DNA from: an uncultured delta proteobacterium
GTDB taxonomy: Bacteria > Desulfobacterota > Syntrophia > Syntrophales > UBA5619
Assembly (NCBI GenBank): GCA_963817385.1
Contig: CAWFOM010000005.1
Location: forward strand, 128,001 to 192,000
Direction of reading: 5' to 3'
Length of the DNA stretch: 64,000 bases
Positions 38,191 through 48,200 of this stretch are shown one piece after another. Made by a program: the position numbers and the translations under genes. Each line of letters starts with the position of its first letter. The first letter of the stretch is position 1. The notes beneath the pieces were generated by a model, which saw only the letters and a list, made by a program, of their open reading frames with translations, made no database searches and was not told where the DNA came from.

Positions 38191-38313
38191 TTGACGGCCT
38201 CGTAATGAGTCGTCACCCCGGCGAAGGCCAGGGTCCAGCGTGTTTGCAGGTAGCCGACATTCCTGGATACCGGCTGGAGTTTACCCCGTACCCGATACGG
38301 GGCCGGTATGACA
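38191..38313. repeat. Palindromic REP-like element with outer arm
   Basis: TTGACGGCCTCGTAATGAGT then CGTCACCCCGGCGAAGGCCAGGGTCCAG ... CTGGATACCGGC ... GCCGGTATGACA. Confidence 0.8.
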
Positions 38314-38339
38314 TTGGTGGAGAATTTTCGGAGGGGAGC

Positions 38340-39602
38340 GTGATCAAAGCTTCACGGGAATTCCAGATCTTTGCAAAACCGGCAGGGGCCGCCTGCAACC
38401 TCGATTGCCGCTACTGTTACTACCTGCATAAGGACCTGCTCTACCCGGACAGCGAGTCGTTTCGCATGCCCGACGATCTGCTGGAGGAGTACATCCGCCA
38501 ACAGATCGCAATCGCCCCTGAACCGGAGATCAATTTCTTCTGGCACGGCGGCGAGCCGACCGTGCTCGGGATAGACTATTTCCGCAAGATAACCGGGCTC
38601 CAGCGCAAACACCTGCCCCCCGGCGGCGTATCACCAACGGCATCCAGACGAACGGCGTGCTCCTCGACGACGACTGGTGCCGCTTTTTTGCGGCTGAACA
38701 TTTTAGCCGTCGGGCTCAGCCTCGACGGTCCAGCGGCGCTGCACGACGTCTATCGCGCGACCAGGGACGGGAGGCCCACGCACCGGCAGGTGATGCAGGG
38801 CTATCGGCTCCTGCGCAAACACAAGGTCCCGGTCGATCTCCTGTGTGTCGTGCATGCCGGGAACGTCCGGCATCCCCTCGAGGTGTACCGCTTCTTCAAG
38901 GAGATCAACGCCCAGTACATCAGCTTCATCCCGCTTGTCGAGCAGGAGCCGGCTCCCCAGGGCGGCGTGAGCGCCCGCACCGTGCCGGCGGAAGCGTTCG
39001 GCGCCTTCCTGTGCGCCATCTTCGGCGAGTGGGTGCGGCAGGACATCGGACGGATCATCGTGCAGATGTTCGAGGAGGCGGCGAGGCCGGCATACGGCCA
39101 GGACCATTCCCTGTGCATCTTTCGGCCTACCTGCGGGGATGTCCCGGTCGTCGAGCACAACGGCGACTTCTATTCGTGCGATCACTTCGTCGACCCCGGG
39201 CATTGCCTCGGCAACATCCGCACGACCCCGCTTATCGAACTCATCGAACATCCGGCGCAACTCGCCTTCGGGCAGGCCAAGCGGGAGGCGTTGCCCCGCT
39301 GCTGCCGGGAGTGTGACGTCAGGGCCATGTGCAACGGGGGATGCCCGAAGGATCGCATCATCCGGACCCCGGACGGCGAAGCGGGGCTGAACTACCTGTG
39401 TGCGGGCTATCGCAGGTTCTTCGCCTACTGCCGCGCCACCACCGGGCAAATGGCGGCGCTGCGATTGGCCGGGGAACCGCCCGAGCGGATCATGCAGCTT
39501 CTCCGCGACGCGGAGGTCAAGGCGCATCCCGCAGTCGGGCGCAACGATCCCTGCCCCTGCGGCAGCGGCCGCAAATACAAGAAATGCTGCCTGAACGCAT
39601 GA
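38340..39602 (+). CDS. Anaerobic sulfatase maturase-type radical SAM/SPASM protein with C-terminal SEC-C motif
   Basis: [46 protein letters not shown]; two compensating frameshifts (~38625, ~38705) hide QTNG.LLDD.W; GTG start at 38340. Confidence 0.88.
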   Translation: MIKASREFQIFAKPAGAACNLDCRYCYYLHKDLLYPDSESFRMPDDLLEEYIRQQIAIAPEPEINFFWHGGEPTVLGIDYFRKITGLQRKHLPPGGVSPTASRRTACSSTTTGAAFLRLNILAVGLSLDGPAALHDVYRATRDGRPTHRQVMQGYRLLRKHKVPVDLLCVVHAGNVRHPLEVYRFFKEINAQYISFIPLVEQEPAPQGGVSARTVPAEAFGAFLCAIFGEWVRQDIGRIIVQMFEEAARPAYGQDHSLCIFRPTCGDVPVVEHNGDFYSCDHFVDPGHCLGNIRTTPLIELIEHPAQLAFGQAKREALPRCCRECDVRAMCNGGCPKDRIIRTPDGEAGLNYLCAGYRRFFAYCRATTGQMAALRLAGEPPERIMQLLRDAEVKAHPAVGRNDPCPCGSGRKYKKCCLNA

Positions 39603-39659
39603 AATGACACTTTAGTAACAGCCTCAAGAAAGGAGCGATGCGGGCCTCCTGTTTGGCCT

Positions 39660-39760
39660 GCGGTGAATAGCGGCCTTATTCGCCGCAACAAATGCGGAGA
39701 TTGTTCTTGCTTTTTGCGGCGAATACGCGGCATACTATCACCAAGGAGTGTCGGAGAATT
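39660..39760 (+). promoter_or_regulatory. Array of inverted GCGGNGAAT-type half-sites upstream of the Fic gene
   Basis: GCGGTGAATA, TATTCGCCGC, GCGGAGATT, GCGGCGAATA, TCGGAGAAT within 100 bp. Confidence 0.5.
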
Positions 39761-40867
39761 ATGAACTACATCCACAATCGGAAGAATTGGCCGAAACTGA
39801 CTTGGAGCCAGGAGCGGCTGGCAGGGCAGCTTGCCGGCGTACGTCATCGGCAGGGGCGGCTCATCGGGCGTATGGAGGGGCTGGGTTTTTCGCTCCGTAG
39901 CGAAGCCGTACTGCAAACCCTGACTGAGGATGTTCTCAAATCCAGCGAAATCGAAGGTGAGAAGCTGAATAGAGACCAGGTGCGGTCTTCCATCGCCCGC
40001 AGACTGGGACTCGATATCGGCGGACTTATACCGGTTGACCGGCATGTCGAGGGGGTTGTTGAAATGATGCTCGATGCCACCGGGCATTTTGCCGATCCGT
40101 TGACCGAGGAACGTCTGTTTGCCTGGCACTCCGCTCTGTTTCCGACCGGGCGCAGCGGCATGCACAAAATCGCGGTTGGCCGCTGGCGTGATGATAAATC
40201 CGACCCCATGCAGGTGGTTTCCGGCCCGATTGGCCGGGAGAAGGTGCATTATCAGGCCCCTGAAGCCAAGCGTGTTCCCAAGGAGATGATCGCTTTCCTG
40301 AAATGGTTTAACGGTCCCCAATCTATCGATCCGGTTTTGGCGGCAGGTCTGGCGCATCTCTGGTTTGTAACGATCCATCCTTTTGAGGACGGCAACGGCC
40401 GGATTGCCCGGGCGATTGCCGATATGGCTCTGGCGCGTTCGGAAAATAGCACGCAGCGTTTTTACAGCATGTCGGCGCAAATTCGCCTGGAGCGAAACGC
40501 CTACTACGATATGCTGGAAAAGACCCAAAGAAGCGGCCTGGACATAACCCCCTGGCTTGAATGGTTCCTGGGGTGTCTTGATCGCGCCATTGACGGCGCG
40601 GAACATATCCTGGCCGGCATCTTCCATAAGGCCCATTTCTGGGAGGCTCATGCTCACAAGCCATTCAATGAACGCCAGCGAGCCGTCATCAACCGGCTGT
40701 TCGACGGTTTTGAAGGCAAGCTGACTTCTTCCAAATGGGCCAAACTGGCCAAATGCTCGCAGGATACCGCCCTGAGGGACATCGATGATCTGGTGAAGCG
40801 TGGTGTTTTGGTGAAAGAGCCGGGAGGCGGTCGCAGCACAAGTTATGCCCTGGCGAACGATGGATAA
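39761..40867 (+). CDS. Fic-family protein (DUF4172-like N-terminus, C-terminal HTH)
   Basis: Canonical HPFEDGNGRIAR; SSEIEG motif; KCSQDTALRDI HTH. Confidence 0.92.
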   Translation: MNYIHNRKNWPKLTWSQERLAGQLAGVRHRQGRLIGRMEGLGFSLRSEAVLQTLTEDVLKSSEIEGEKLNRDQVRSSIARRLGLDIGGLIPVDRHVEGVVEMMLDATGHFADPLTEERLFAWHSALFPTGRSGMHKIAVGRWRDDKSDPMQVVSGPIGREKVHYQAPEAKRVPKEMIAFLKWFNGPQSIDPVLAAGLAHLWFVTIHPFEDGNGRIARAIADMALARSENSTQRFYSMSAQIRLERNAYYDMLEKTQRSGLDITPWLEWFLGCLDRAIDGAEHILAGIFHKAHFWEAHAHKPFNERQRAVINRLFDGFEGKLTSSKWAKLAKCSQDTALRDIDDLVKRGVLVKEPGGGRSTSYALANDG

Positions 40868-40877
40868 GGTGATCGCT

Positions 40878-41014
40878 CCACGTGCCCTTCGTCTTCAACG
40901 GGGGATCGTCCTGATCGCCTTCCTCTTCTCGGCGCTGGTGGGGGTGATCTTCGGCTATTTCCCGGCGCTCAAGGCCGCCCGCCTGATCCTATCATGGCGC
41001 TAAGGCATGAGTGA
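40878..41014 (+). pseudogene. MacB/FtsX-type ABC permease C-terminal remnant
   Basis: VLIAFLFSALVGVIFGYFPALKAARL.PIMALRHE* with frameshifts. Confidence 0.75.
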
Positions 41015-41152
41015 ACTGGTTACGTCTCATCTACTATTTATTGAAGTCGTTAAATTGGGCGTGTTCTTTTACGTGGCACCTTTCATCGCAGTGTTACGTA
41101 CGAGCACTTGATAAAGAGAGAAGGCGTCTGATAATCCATCTGATATCAAAGC

Positions 41153-42428
41153 TCAACTCAAGCAGGTGAGCATCTCCATTACATGTTTACCCAAATCGTG
41201 CCTTAAATATTCGCCGTCGAACAGCTCCAGAAATACCATGCCACAGTTGTGGTCAAAGGATGGCGGAAGCGCTTCCCCTTGGAGAAACCTCCCTTCAACA
41301 TCCGCTTCTGTGCCGACTTTCGGATAGATGAGAAAACTTCGCTGTGCCCCGAACTGGACGTTGTATGCGTGCATCTGCTGGAGATCGGCGTCGCCCGGTT
41401 TACCGTCGACTGGGGATCTTCCATTTCGTGTCCATGACGACCTTCTCGCATCGGGACCGGTACCGATCTGGGCAATGATGTCGGGACGGATGGACTTCTG
41501 CATGCCGTCGGCCGTCCAAAAACGGCGGGACACTTGGGCCTTGAACGAAACCTTGGCGCGGTGCCTGCTTCGCCTCCTCCCGTTTCAGTTGGGCATAGAC
41601 AAAGCGTTCAAACAGGGAATTCATGTCGAACAGGATCGCCAGGACATTCTCTCTGCCGCCGCAGACATCCGGACAATAGTTCAGCAGGATCAGGCGGGCG
41701 AGTTGCAGCGCCCTGCGATAGCGTTCTGTGTTCCGGGTGAACGGGAGGCTGCTCGAAGGTCTGTTCCGTGACAGCAATCTCCCACATCCTCGAAAAGATT
41801 GTCAAGACTACTGTGCAAGGCCGACCAAGTGCGGATTGGACGAAACTCGGATGAGCACGTCCAGGGCGACACGCAGGATCTGGTTGAAGGGATTGTTCCG
41901 GTCATAGAACACGTGGGCCGTGAAGAAGCGCTCGCGGTGGACAAGGTTCTTGGTGAGCTGCTGTTGAAAGAGGATGCGGCCTTTCAGGGCGGAAGATTTC
42001 CGCAGGTTTGGCGATACTTTCTGAACCAGACCGTGATGCACCAGCTCATCGACCTCCGCCAGAAAGGATTCAAAGAAGATATCGAGTAATGAAGACGATG
42101 CGCAGTCGCAACCGGGCATCGGACATTGATTCCACCCGGATGAATCCGGACTGACGGAGCATCTCGATCAGCGCCTTCTGCCATTTCTCCTTTGGGTTGT
42201 CTGAATCAGGATCCTTGTCCGCCTTGGGCAGGATCTCAATCGTCAGATTCCCGACTTGAATGACCCCGACATAGTTACGGAAATGGATACGGTTCAAGCC
42301 GACGGCAAAGAACCGATTGCCATGGCGTTCGTTGTACTGCACCAGAGACTGGAAGTGGACGATCGTTAAAACCAGGCTCTTTCGTCGGATAGCGATGTAT
42401 GTTCGAAAACCTGGATTCTATTACTCAT
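41153..42428 (-). CDS. mcrC: McrC-family restriction endonuclease subunit (frameshifted in this sequence)
   Basis: Fragments in order: NYVGVIQVGNLTIEILPK, LKGRILF, NNPFNQIL, LFDMNSLFERFV, IRPDI, MDTKWK, ADLQQMHAY; ATG overlaps the mcrB stop. Confidence 0.85.
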
Positions 42429-45400
42429 AGACTGACCGGAAATCCTCGATCGTTCAGCGTCATGGGATCCTGCAACGTGTAGACGTGTCGTTCTTCGAAA
42501 TCATCCGTGCCCCAGTCCCCTGCCGCCCACTCGATGGCTTCGTCTTTTCTCGTGACGAACGCCTCTCCCAAAACCATGCCGATCTTGCCCGGATCGCCGT
42601 AGAAGTATTCCTCCAGCAAGGGCAGGATCTTTGTCTGCGAAGATCAGGCGCAGTTCGTCAAGGGGGTTATCGTTCTTCTCAATTCCCATGAAGTAGGAAT
42701 GGCCGATGCAGTGATCCTTGTCCAACAGTTTCTCGATCCGTCCATTGATTGTTATGAGAAGCTTCCGGAGATCGACTTCAAACCTGCCGGTTGTTGAATC
42801 TGTTCGGGTTGGGGGTAGATGGCCACAAAGGTGAAGCGTCGACGGAGGGCCGTATCGAGCGCCTCCACACTCCGGTCGGCCGTATTCATGGCGCCGATGA
42901 TGTAGAGGTTATCGGGGACGACGAATTCCTCTCGGGAGTAGGGCAGCCTGCGCCCGGAGTTCGTTCGTTCGCCCTTTGCGTTTGTCCTCTTCAATCAGGG
43001 CAATCAGTTCGCCAAAGATGCTGGCCACGTTGCCGCGGTTGATCTCATCGATCAGAAGTGCGTAGTTGTGGTTGGGGTCATTCAAGGCCAGGTTAACCAT
43101 GTTCTTGAAGATTCCCGGCTTGACCTCGTAGGTCAGCGTCTCGGCCACCTCTTCGGACATTACGGGTTTGATGCCCTCGACGAAGTCCTCGTAGCAGTAG
43201 GATTGATGGAATGTGACGTATTCGTATCGCTTGATCTCCTTGGCAATTGGCTTGAATTCTTGGAACATCTTGAGTTTTTCGATCAGTTCCGGCAGTTGCT
43301 CGTCAACCATATCTCGGTCGACGGTCCAGACGGAGTTTTCATCTTTCCAGAAAATCAGTGGTTCATTCCGTTGCGCATTTTTTACGTTCGGGCAGTCTAT
43401 CTTTGTATGCTGCTGTAACCACGACCAAATTGTGTTCTTCGGATTCCGATTTGCCGAGAGGCGGATCTTGGCTTGCAGCAGAGGGTGATCAAAAATGGCG
43501 GATACCTTGGCCGATTTCAAGTCATAGAGGACGATGGTGATCACCTGCAGCCAGGTCATCTCCCCACAAGTTCCTGGGCAAACTGTTCCCGTGTGACCAT
43601 CTGGATTTCGGTAAACAGCTCCATGTACTTTTTTTGGAGGGCGTATGTCTTACCGGTGCCTGGGGGACCGTAGAGGATGGAATTCAGGGGGAAGGGATCA
43701 GGAGATGGTGAAGCGTGTGCCCCATGGAAAACCTTCTGCACGGCGTCCGGGTCGGTGACCTCCAACAGGGTTCCAAACCAGTTTCCACCCCCCGCTGAGG
43801 GAGCTTTGCCGTGGAACAGTGGTCGATTAAGCCGTTTGAGAGTGACAATACCGTTGTCGCGGTCGGTGGCATGCACCTCCCCAACATAGTGGACCTTCAG
43901 ATCATTGCGACCCCCGTAACCCTTGATGGCGAATTCATCTCCGGGCTTGATCTGATCGAACACCACCCAGTGGTCCATATGCTTCTTATCTGTTGCATCC
44001 CTGGCGTAGCCGGTCTTCCAGACGTTGCCCGATACGAACTCATCCAAGTGCGACTCTCCTTTGCCGGACTGGCCACCCCAGAGAAAACCACCTGCCCAGT
44101 ACCTTTTCACTTGTGGCACCCCACCTTTCACCTTGAAAAGACCATCCTTGAAGTTCCACGCCAAACCCGCGACTTTCCATGGACCTCGCTCGCTTCCGAA
44201 GTGCTTCTTGAATGTGGGAGTGGCCGACAAGGACGCCGCAAACTTGCCGGCTTTGGTGATTTTCCGGGCGTACGAACTACCTGTGCACAGTCGCTTGTTT
44301 GACCCTATTATCAGTGTGAACAATCGATTCCATCGGTTACCCCGAAAATCCACGTATCTGTCTGGATGCTTTGCGCTCATCAGAACGCTGGCGAACTGGG
44401 CAGCGCCTGATGCATCCTTCCCCTTCGGATCCGTGTACCCTTTTTCAGCCGCGGCTGCGATAAAAGCGTCCATGCGCGCCGTTTCCTCAATGCCCGCAGT
44501 GTCATCCAGCAGAGCGGCAATCGTATCCACCGCATCTACCGAGTTGAGAAACGTATTGCGGCGCATTGCGTCCTGCCCATTGGCCAAAACCCATAGCTTG
44601 ACCGAGACCTTCTGTAGCTCGTCCAGATTCACGGGTGATGATCCCAAGACGTCCCTGATTCTTGGCATCATCTTGAGCCGATTCGTGATCTCGCTCTCAT
44701 CCCCGTCTTCGGAAGTCTGGATTAGATACGCAACCACCTGCGGCACACTGATCTTGTTCTCATCTGCCATCTTTTGGAGGAGCGACGCTAGGCCAGCATC
44801 CAACTCGTCGGATGTCGCCGGAACCTGGTTGGCATACAGGTAAGCATCGCGAGATATCTGCGGGTAGTCCGTCCCAAGTTTTTGCCGCACCAGTTCGATG
44901 ATCTTCGTATACTCCCCAAGAGATTTAACCTTATAGGGTGATATCGAAATACCCTTGGACTCCAGATAGTCAGCCATCACGGAATCGAGGGCCAGATAGG
45001 CATCTGGGTTGAGCCAGAAAAGCCCCATCGTCAGCTTGGGCGCACCGATCTGCTTCACTTTCAGGCAGCGATCGAAGAGGGAAGCGTCAAGCTCATCGGG
45101 GGGAATCACCAGACAGGCTTGAGCCAGATCCCAGAGCGCCGGAACATCTCCTCCGTCCCGAACCCCAGCGTAGGGAAAGAACCATGTATTCTGGAGGCTG
45201 GCCGAGGGAATGCCGTGGAAATCACTGGGAACCGGCGAAACAAGTGAAAACTTTTCCTTGAGAATGCCTACAATCTTACGCTGGCTGTCTTCCTTCGTGC
45301 CCCTATTGAAGTTCGCAAAGAACGTGAATGGATCGATTTCAGCTAGTGCAATCTCAGCCCCGGCGGCATCCCGATCCTTCATCCCAGTTACGGGCAGGCC

Positions 45401-45505
45401 AGCCTGATGCATTTCCTTTAGTATGGCCAGCAAGTCAGCCTGCCTCTCTCTATAAGCCAACAGAGCCTGGGCAATTTCCCGATAGATCGGTTTCCATGTG
45501 AACAT
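42421..45505 (-). CDS. mcrB: McrB-family AAA+ GTPase with long multi-domain N-terminus (about 1000 aa; frameshifted in this sequence)
   Basis: [57 protein letters not shown] motifs spread over consecutive ORFs. Confidence 0.9.
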
Positions 45506-45688
45506 GCTACATTGATCTCCTCTTGATTTGGAGAAGGGGCCGAAGTGACACCATCCCGTACATCATCGAATCAGACGGGTCCCCGACAGCGCAACCTTGT
45601 TTATGAAATTATTGGTGTCCCCTCCAATATTTCTCAACTTCCCAAAGAGCGGCACCTTCCATCGGCTCCCTTACCCTTGCCGTGTGCA

Positions 45689-45910
45689 TCACCATGCGTT
45701 TGAAATGCTTGCTGACATTATTTTTGCCCAACTTTTAAAATATGGGTCATATTTTTGGTTTGGGCTCGTCCGCGTTGGAAATGGTCCATCGTTCCTGATC
45801 GTCCTTTGTAAATGCTTCAGGTTTTCATCTACAAGGTCTTGCCAGAAAGAAGCATCAGATTGGCCTTCCTTCTTACCCCTCTCCTTATTCGTGATCACTA
45901 AACATTTCAT
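45689..45910 (-). CDS. Small hypothetical protein
   Basis: Co-oriented ORF starting ~20 nt after the UDG-like gene; no recognised motif. Confidence 0.35.
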   Translation of the reverse strand: MKCLVITNKERGKKEGQSDASFWQDLVDENLKHLQRTIRNDGPFPTRTSPNQKYDPYFKSWAKIMSASISNAW

Positions 45911-45929
45911 ATCTTTTTCACCACACATT

Positions 45930-46592
45930 CTATCTGATTTTGCTTATCTTCGCTCGTATGTTCTTCAACTCCCTTTCTTCTTTTTCCTTTCCTTCCCGAT
46001 GGGCATAATGCATCATGGTAATGACTTCGGCCTTGCGAGCTATATGCCGAACCTGTGCCAAAAAGTTGTGTGTACCGTTCCCGGAGAGAAGAATAACATC
46101 CGGGGCGATTGCTTTGATGAGACCACTCGTATGCGATTGAAAGCAACGATCAAGCATCTTGGGGAGATGTTTATTTTCTTTATCAGCACACCAAGCGATG
46201 TTTGCAAATGCTATCTCGTCCAAATCTAACTTTAAGCCGTCAAGGTAGAATTTCAAAAATCTTCCCTTTGGCGTTCCCCATCCCTGCATATGTTTTTTCG
46301 CGTAACACAAAAGCTCGATGAGTCCCACCTTACCATCTCTATATTCATGAAGGATTTTTTTGAAAGGCCGGTTGCTTTCGCGCTTTAATTTGCTATTGCC
46401 TGCCCCCGGATTCAACAAAAGCACAAGTTTTTTTACTGAGGCCGTCCAATAAATGGGACCGATCCATGCTGGCTGTGGAAGGTCGATTAGCGTGGTTTTC
46501 AATGGTGAATTTTCAAAGCACTTCTGTCGACATGTCATGGCTGCCCGATAGATCTTATCAACTCTCTTGTACCCTGCGGAATGCGGATGCAT
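45930..46592 (-). CDS. Uracil-DNA-glycosylase-superfamily-like protein
   Basis: PQPAWIG...LVLLLNPG, FANIAWC, IAPDVILLSG and C-terminal MHYA follow the UDG-fold motif order; GGAGGG RBS. Confidence 0.6.
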   Translation of the reverse strand: MHPHSAGYKRVDKIYRAAMTCRQKCFENSPLKTTLIDLPQPAWIGPIYWTASVKKLVLLLNPGAGNSKLKRESNRPFKKILHEYRDGKVGLIELLCYAKKHMQGWGTPKGRFLKFYLDGLKLDLDEIAFANIAWCADKENKHLPKMLDRCFQSHTSGLIKAIAPDVILLSGNGTHNFLAQVRHIARKAEVITMMHYAHREGKEKEERELKNIRAKISKIR

Positions 46593-46634
46593 GTTACTTC
46601 TCCCTCCTCTCGCTCGTAGTACAAAACGTTGTGC

Positions 46635-47198
46635 TCAAGAATTTCCTCTATATCGCGCTGAATTTTCTGCATTGCATATGGCTTTCAGGTCGACAATCGT
46701 CACCGGTTGACCTTGATAGCTTGTAGCTTCAATTATTCGGTCGCGAACCTGTTTGTCCGACGTGACAATGATCTTGATGATTAGCTCTCCATCTTTATCT
46801 TTAGATGTAGCTGAGTCGCCTTGGCAGTGGTAGTAAATGATTTTCGTTAGTTGCAGTCCATTAATGATCTGGATGTCTTGGAGCTGCATTGTCCGCCCTA
46901 CAACACAAGCGTTTGCTGCTATCATGGTAACACCATTATTCAGCGTCCAAAGGTCTGCCGGATCTGCAAGGGCGCGTATTATTTGTTCGTTGGCTTGATT
47001 TGTCGACAAAAAGTCCCAGCCGTCTGAATCAAAGAGAGACCTCCTCATGTGTCCGCTCTCGTCAGAAACAAACTTCCGATAATCCTCAAGCCGCACCCAT
47101 AATGTGTGTAACACCCAACTATCTTTTTCGATTGTCTGGTACATAAGGAAGGGAAGATCGAGAAACGATGATAAAGAAAACTTTTTCTCCTGCATCAT
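46635..47198 (-). CDS. Short, degenerate AIPR-family-like protein
   Basis: LFDS, LNNGVTMIA, QIINGLQ, RDRIIEAT; much shorter than typical AIPR proteins. Confidence 0.65.
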   Translation of the reverse strand: MMQEKKFSLSSFLDLPFLMYQTIEKDSWVLHTLWVRLEDYRKFVSDESGHMRRSLFDSDGWDFLSTNQANEQIIRALADPADLWTLNNGVTMIAANACVVGRTMQLQDIQIINGLQLTKIIYYHCQGDSATSKDKDGELIIKIIVTSDKQVRDRIIEATSYQGQPVTIVDLKAICNAENSARYRGNS

Positions 47199-47370
47199 TT
47201 CCTCCGCAGTAAATAAAAAACCAGCGTGCTTCTTCTTATCATAATAGCTGAGGAAACAACATCCTAAATTTCTGAGTGAAATAAAGAAATTTCTTCAATG
47301 TCGACTATGGATTCACTTCAGGAAGACATGCTTTTTTCCAGTGAGCGGAAAAATACACAGTCAGCCCTAC

Positions 47371-47472
47371 CACATTTCGAACCGAATTCAATGAGCTGGA
47401 CCGATCAGCCAAACCGAACAGTAGTATTTGAAGTCTTGCCTGCGCGGTCATATCCGGTAAACGCGTCTATCT
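47371..47472. repeat. Diverged non-coding repeat, copy 2 (function unknown)
   Basis: Aligns by eye with 35624-35728 in the same orientation. Confidence 0.7.
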
Positions 47473-47504
47473 CATATTCAGTTCAGCTAACGCTGTGTCC
47501 GTTA

Positions 47505-48200
47505 TCACCCCTCCAGGTTCACCGTCTCCACCAGCACCCGGGCCGTTCCCTCTTCATAGAAGCCCAGTTTCCTGGCGGCTCCGGCGCTCAGATCGATCAT
47601 GCGGCCGTCCACGAAAGGGCCGCGATCGTTCACCCGGACGATGATGCTGCGTTTGTTGGAGAGATTGGTCACCCGCACGAAGATGGGCAGGGGGAGGTAT
47701 TTGTGGGCGGCGCTCAAACCGTCGGGCTTGAAGGCCTCGCCGTTGGCCGTCATGCGCCCGCCCGGCTTCCGGTAGGTCTCATCCCCGTACCAGGAGGCGA
47801 TCCCCTGCTGCCGGTAGCTTTCCGCCTGCTTGACCCCCATGGGCTCATAGCGCTTGCCGAAAACCACGTAGGGCGAGGCCTTGACGCGGCCCTGGGCGAT
47901 GGCCTCCTTGGGGGAGAGGCCGTCGATGGTTTCGATCTCGCCGTGGGTCATCGGCCAGGAGAGGGGCGCGGTCACCACGTCAAAGGTGAATTCGCCGATC
48001 GTGTAAACGGTCTTGCCGGCAAACTTCGTAACCTTGTAGGCCATCACGACCGTTCCCTTGGTCAGTCGGTAGGTAGTCCTCACCACACTGCAGGCCGACA
48101 GGAGCGCGCAGAGCAGAGTCAGGAGCGTCAGGAAAACGAATAATGGCCGCCTTTTTCCAGGGGAAACACGCACCTTAATCACCCAAAAAGATCGCGACAA
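47505..48200 (-). CDS. rlpA: RlpA-family septal lytic transglycosylase lipoprotein (start uncertain)
   Basis: LSAC lipobox; GIASWYG, TANGE, AAHKYLP, VRVNDRGPF, IDLS motifs. Confidence 0.9.
   Translation of the reverse strand: MSRSFWVIKVRVSPGKRRPLFVFLTLLTLLCALLSACSVVRTTYRLTKGTVVMAYKVTKFAGKTVYTIGEFTFDVVTAPLSWPMTHGEIETIDGLSPKEAIAQGRVKASPYVVFGKRYEPMGVKQAESYRQQGIASWYGDETYRKPGGRMTANGEAFKPDGLSAAHKYLPLPIFVRVTNLSNKRSIIVRVNDRGPFVDGRMIDLSAGAARKLGFYEEGTARVLVETVNLEG

Noticed and set aside
38205..38339. N-terminal extension of the maturase ORF
   Set aside because: It is the translated REP-like repeat; an RBS precedes GTG at 38340.
43556..43565. Programmed frameshift or split two-gene McrB
   Set aside because: The break falls inside the AAA domain at a G-run, in a region with many similar indels; an error is more parsimonious.
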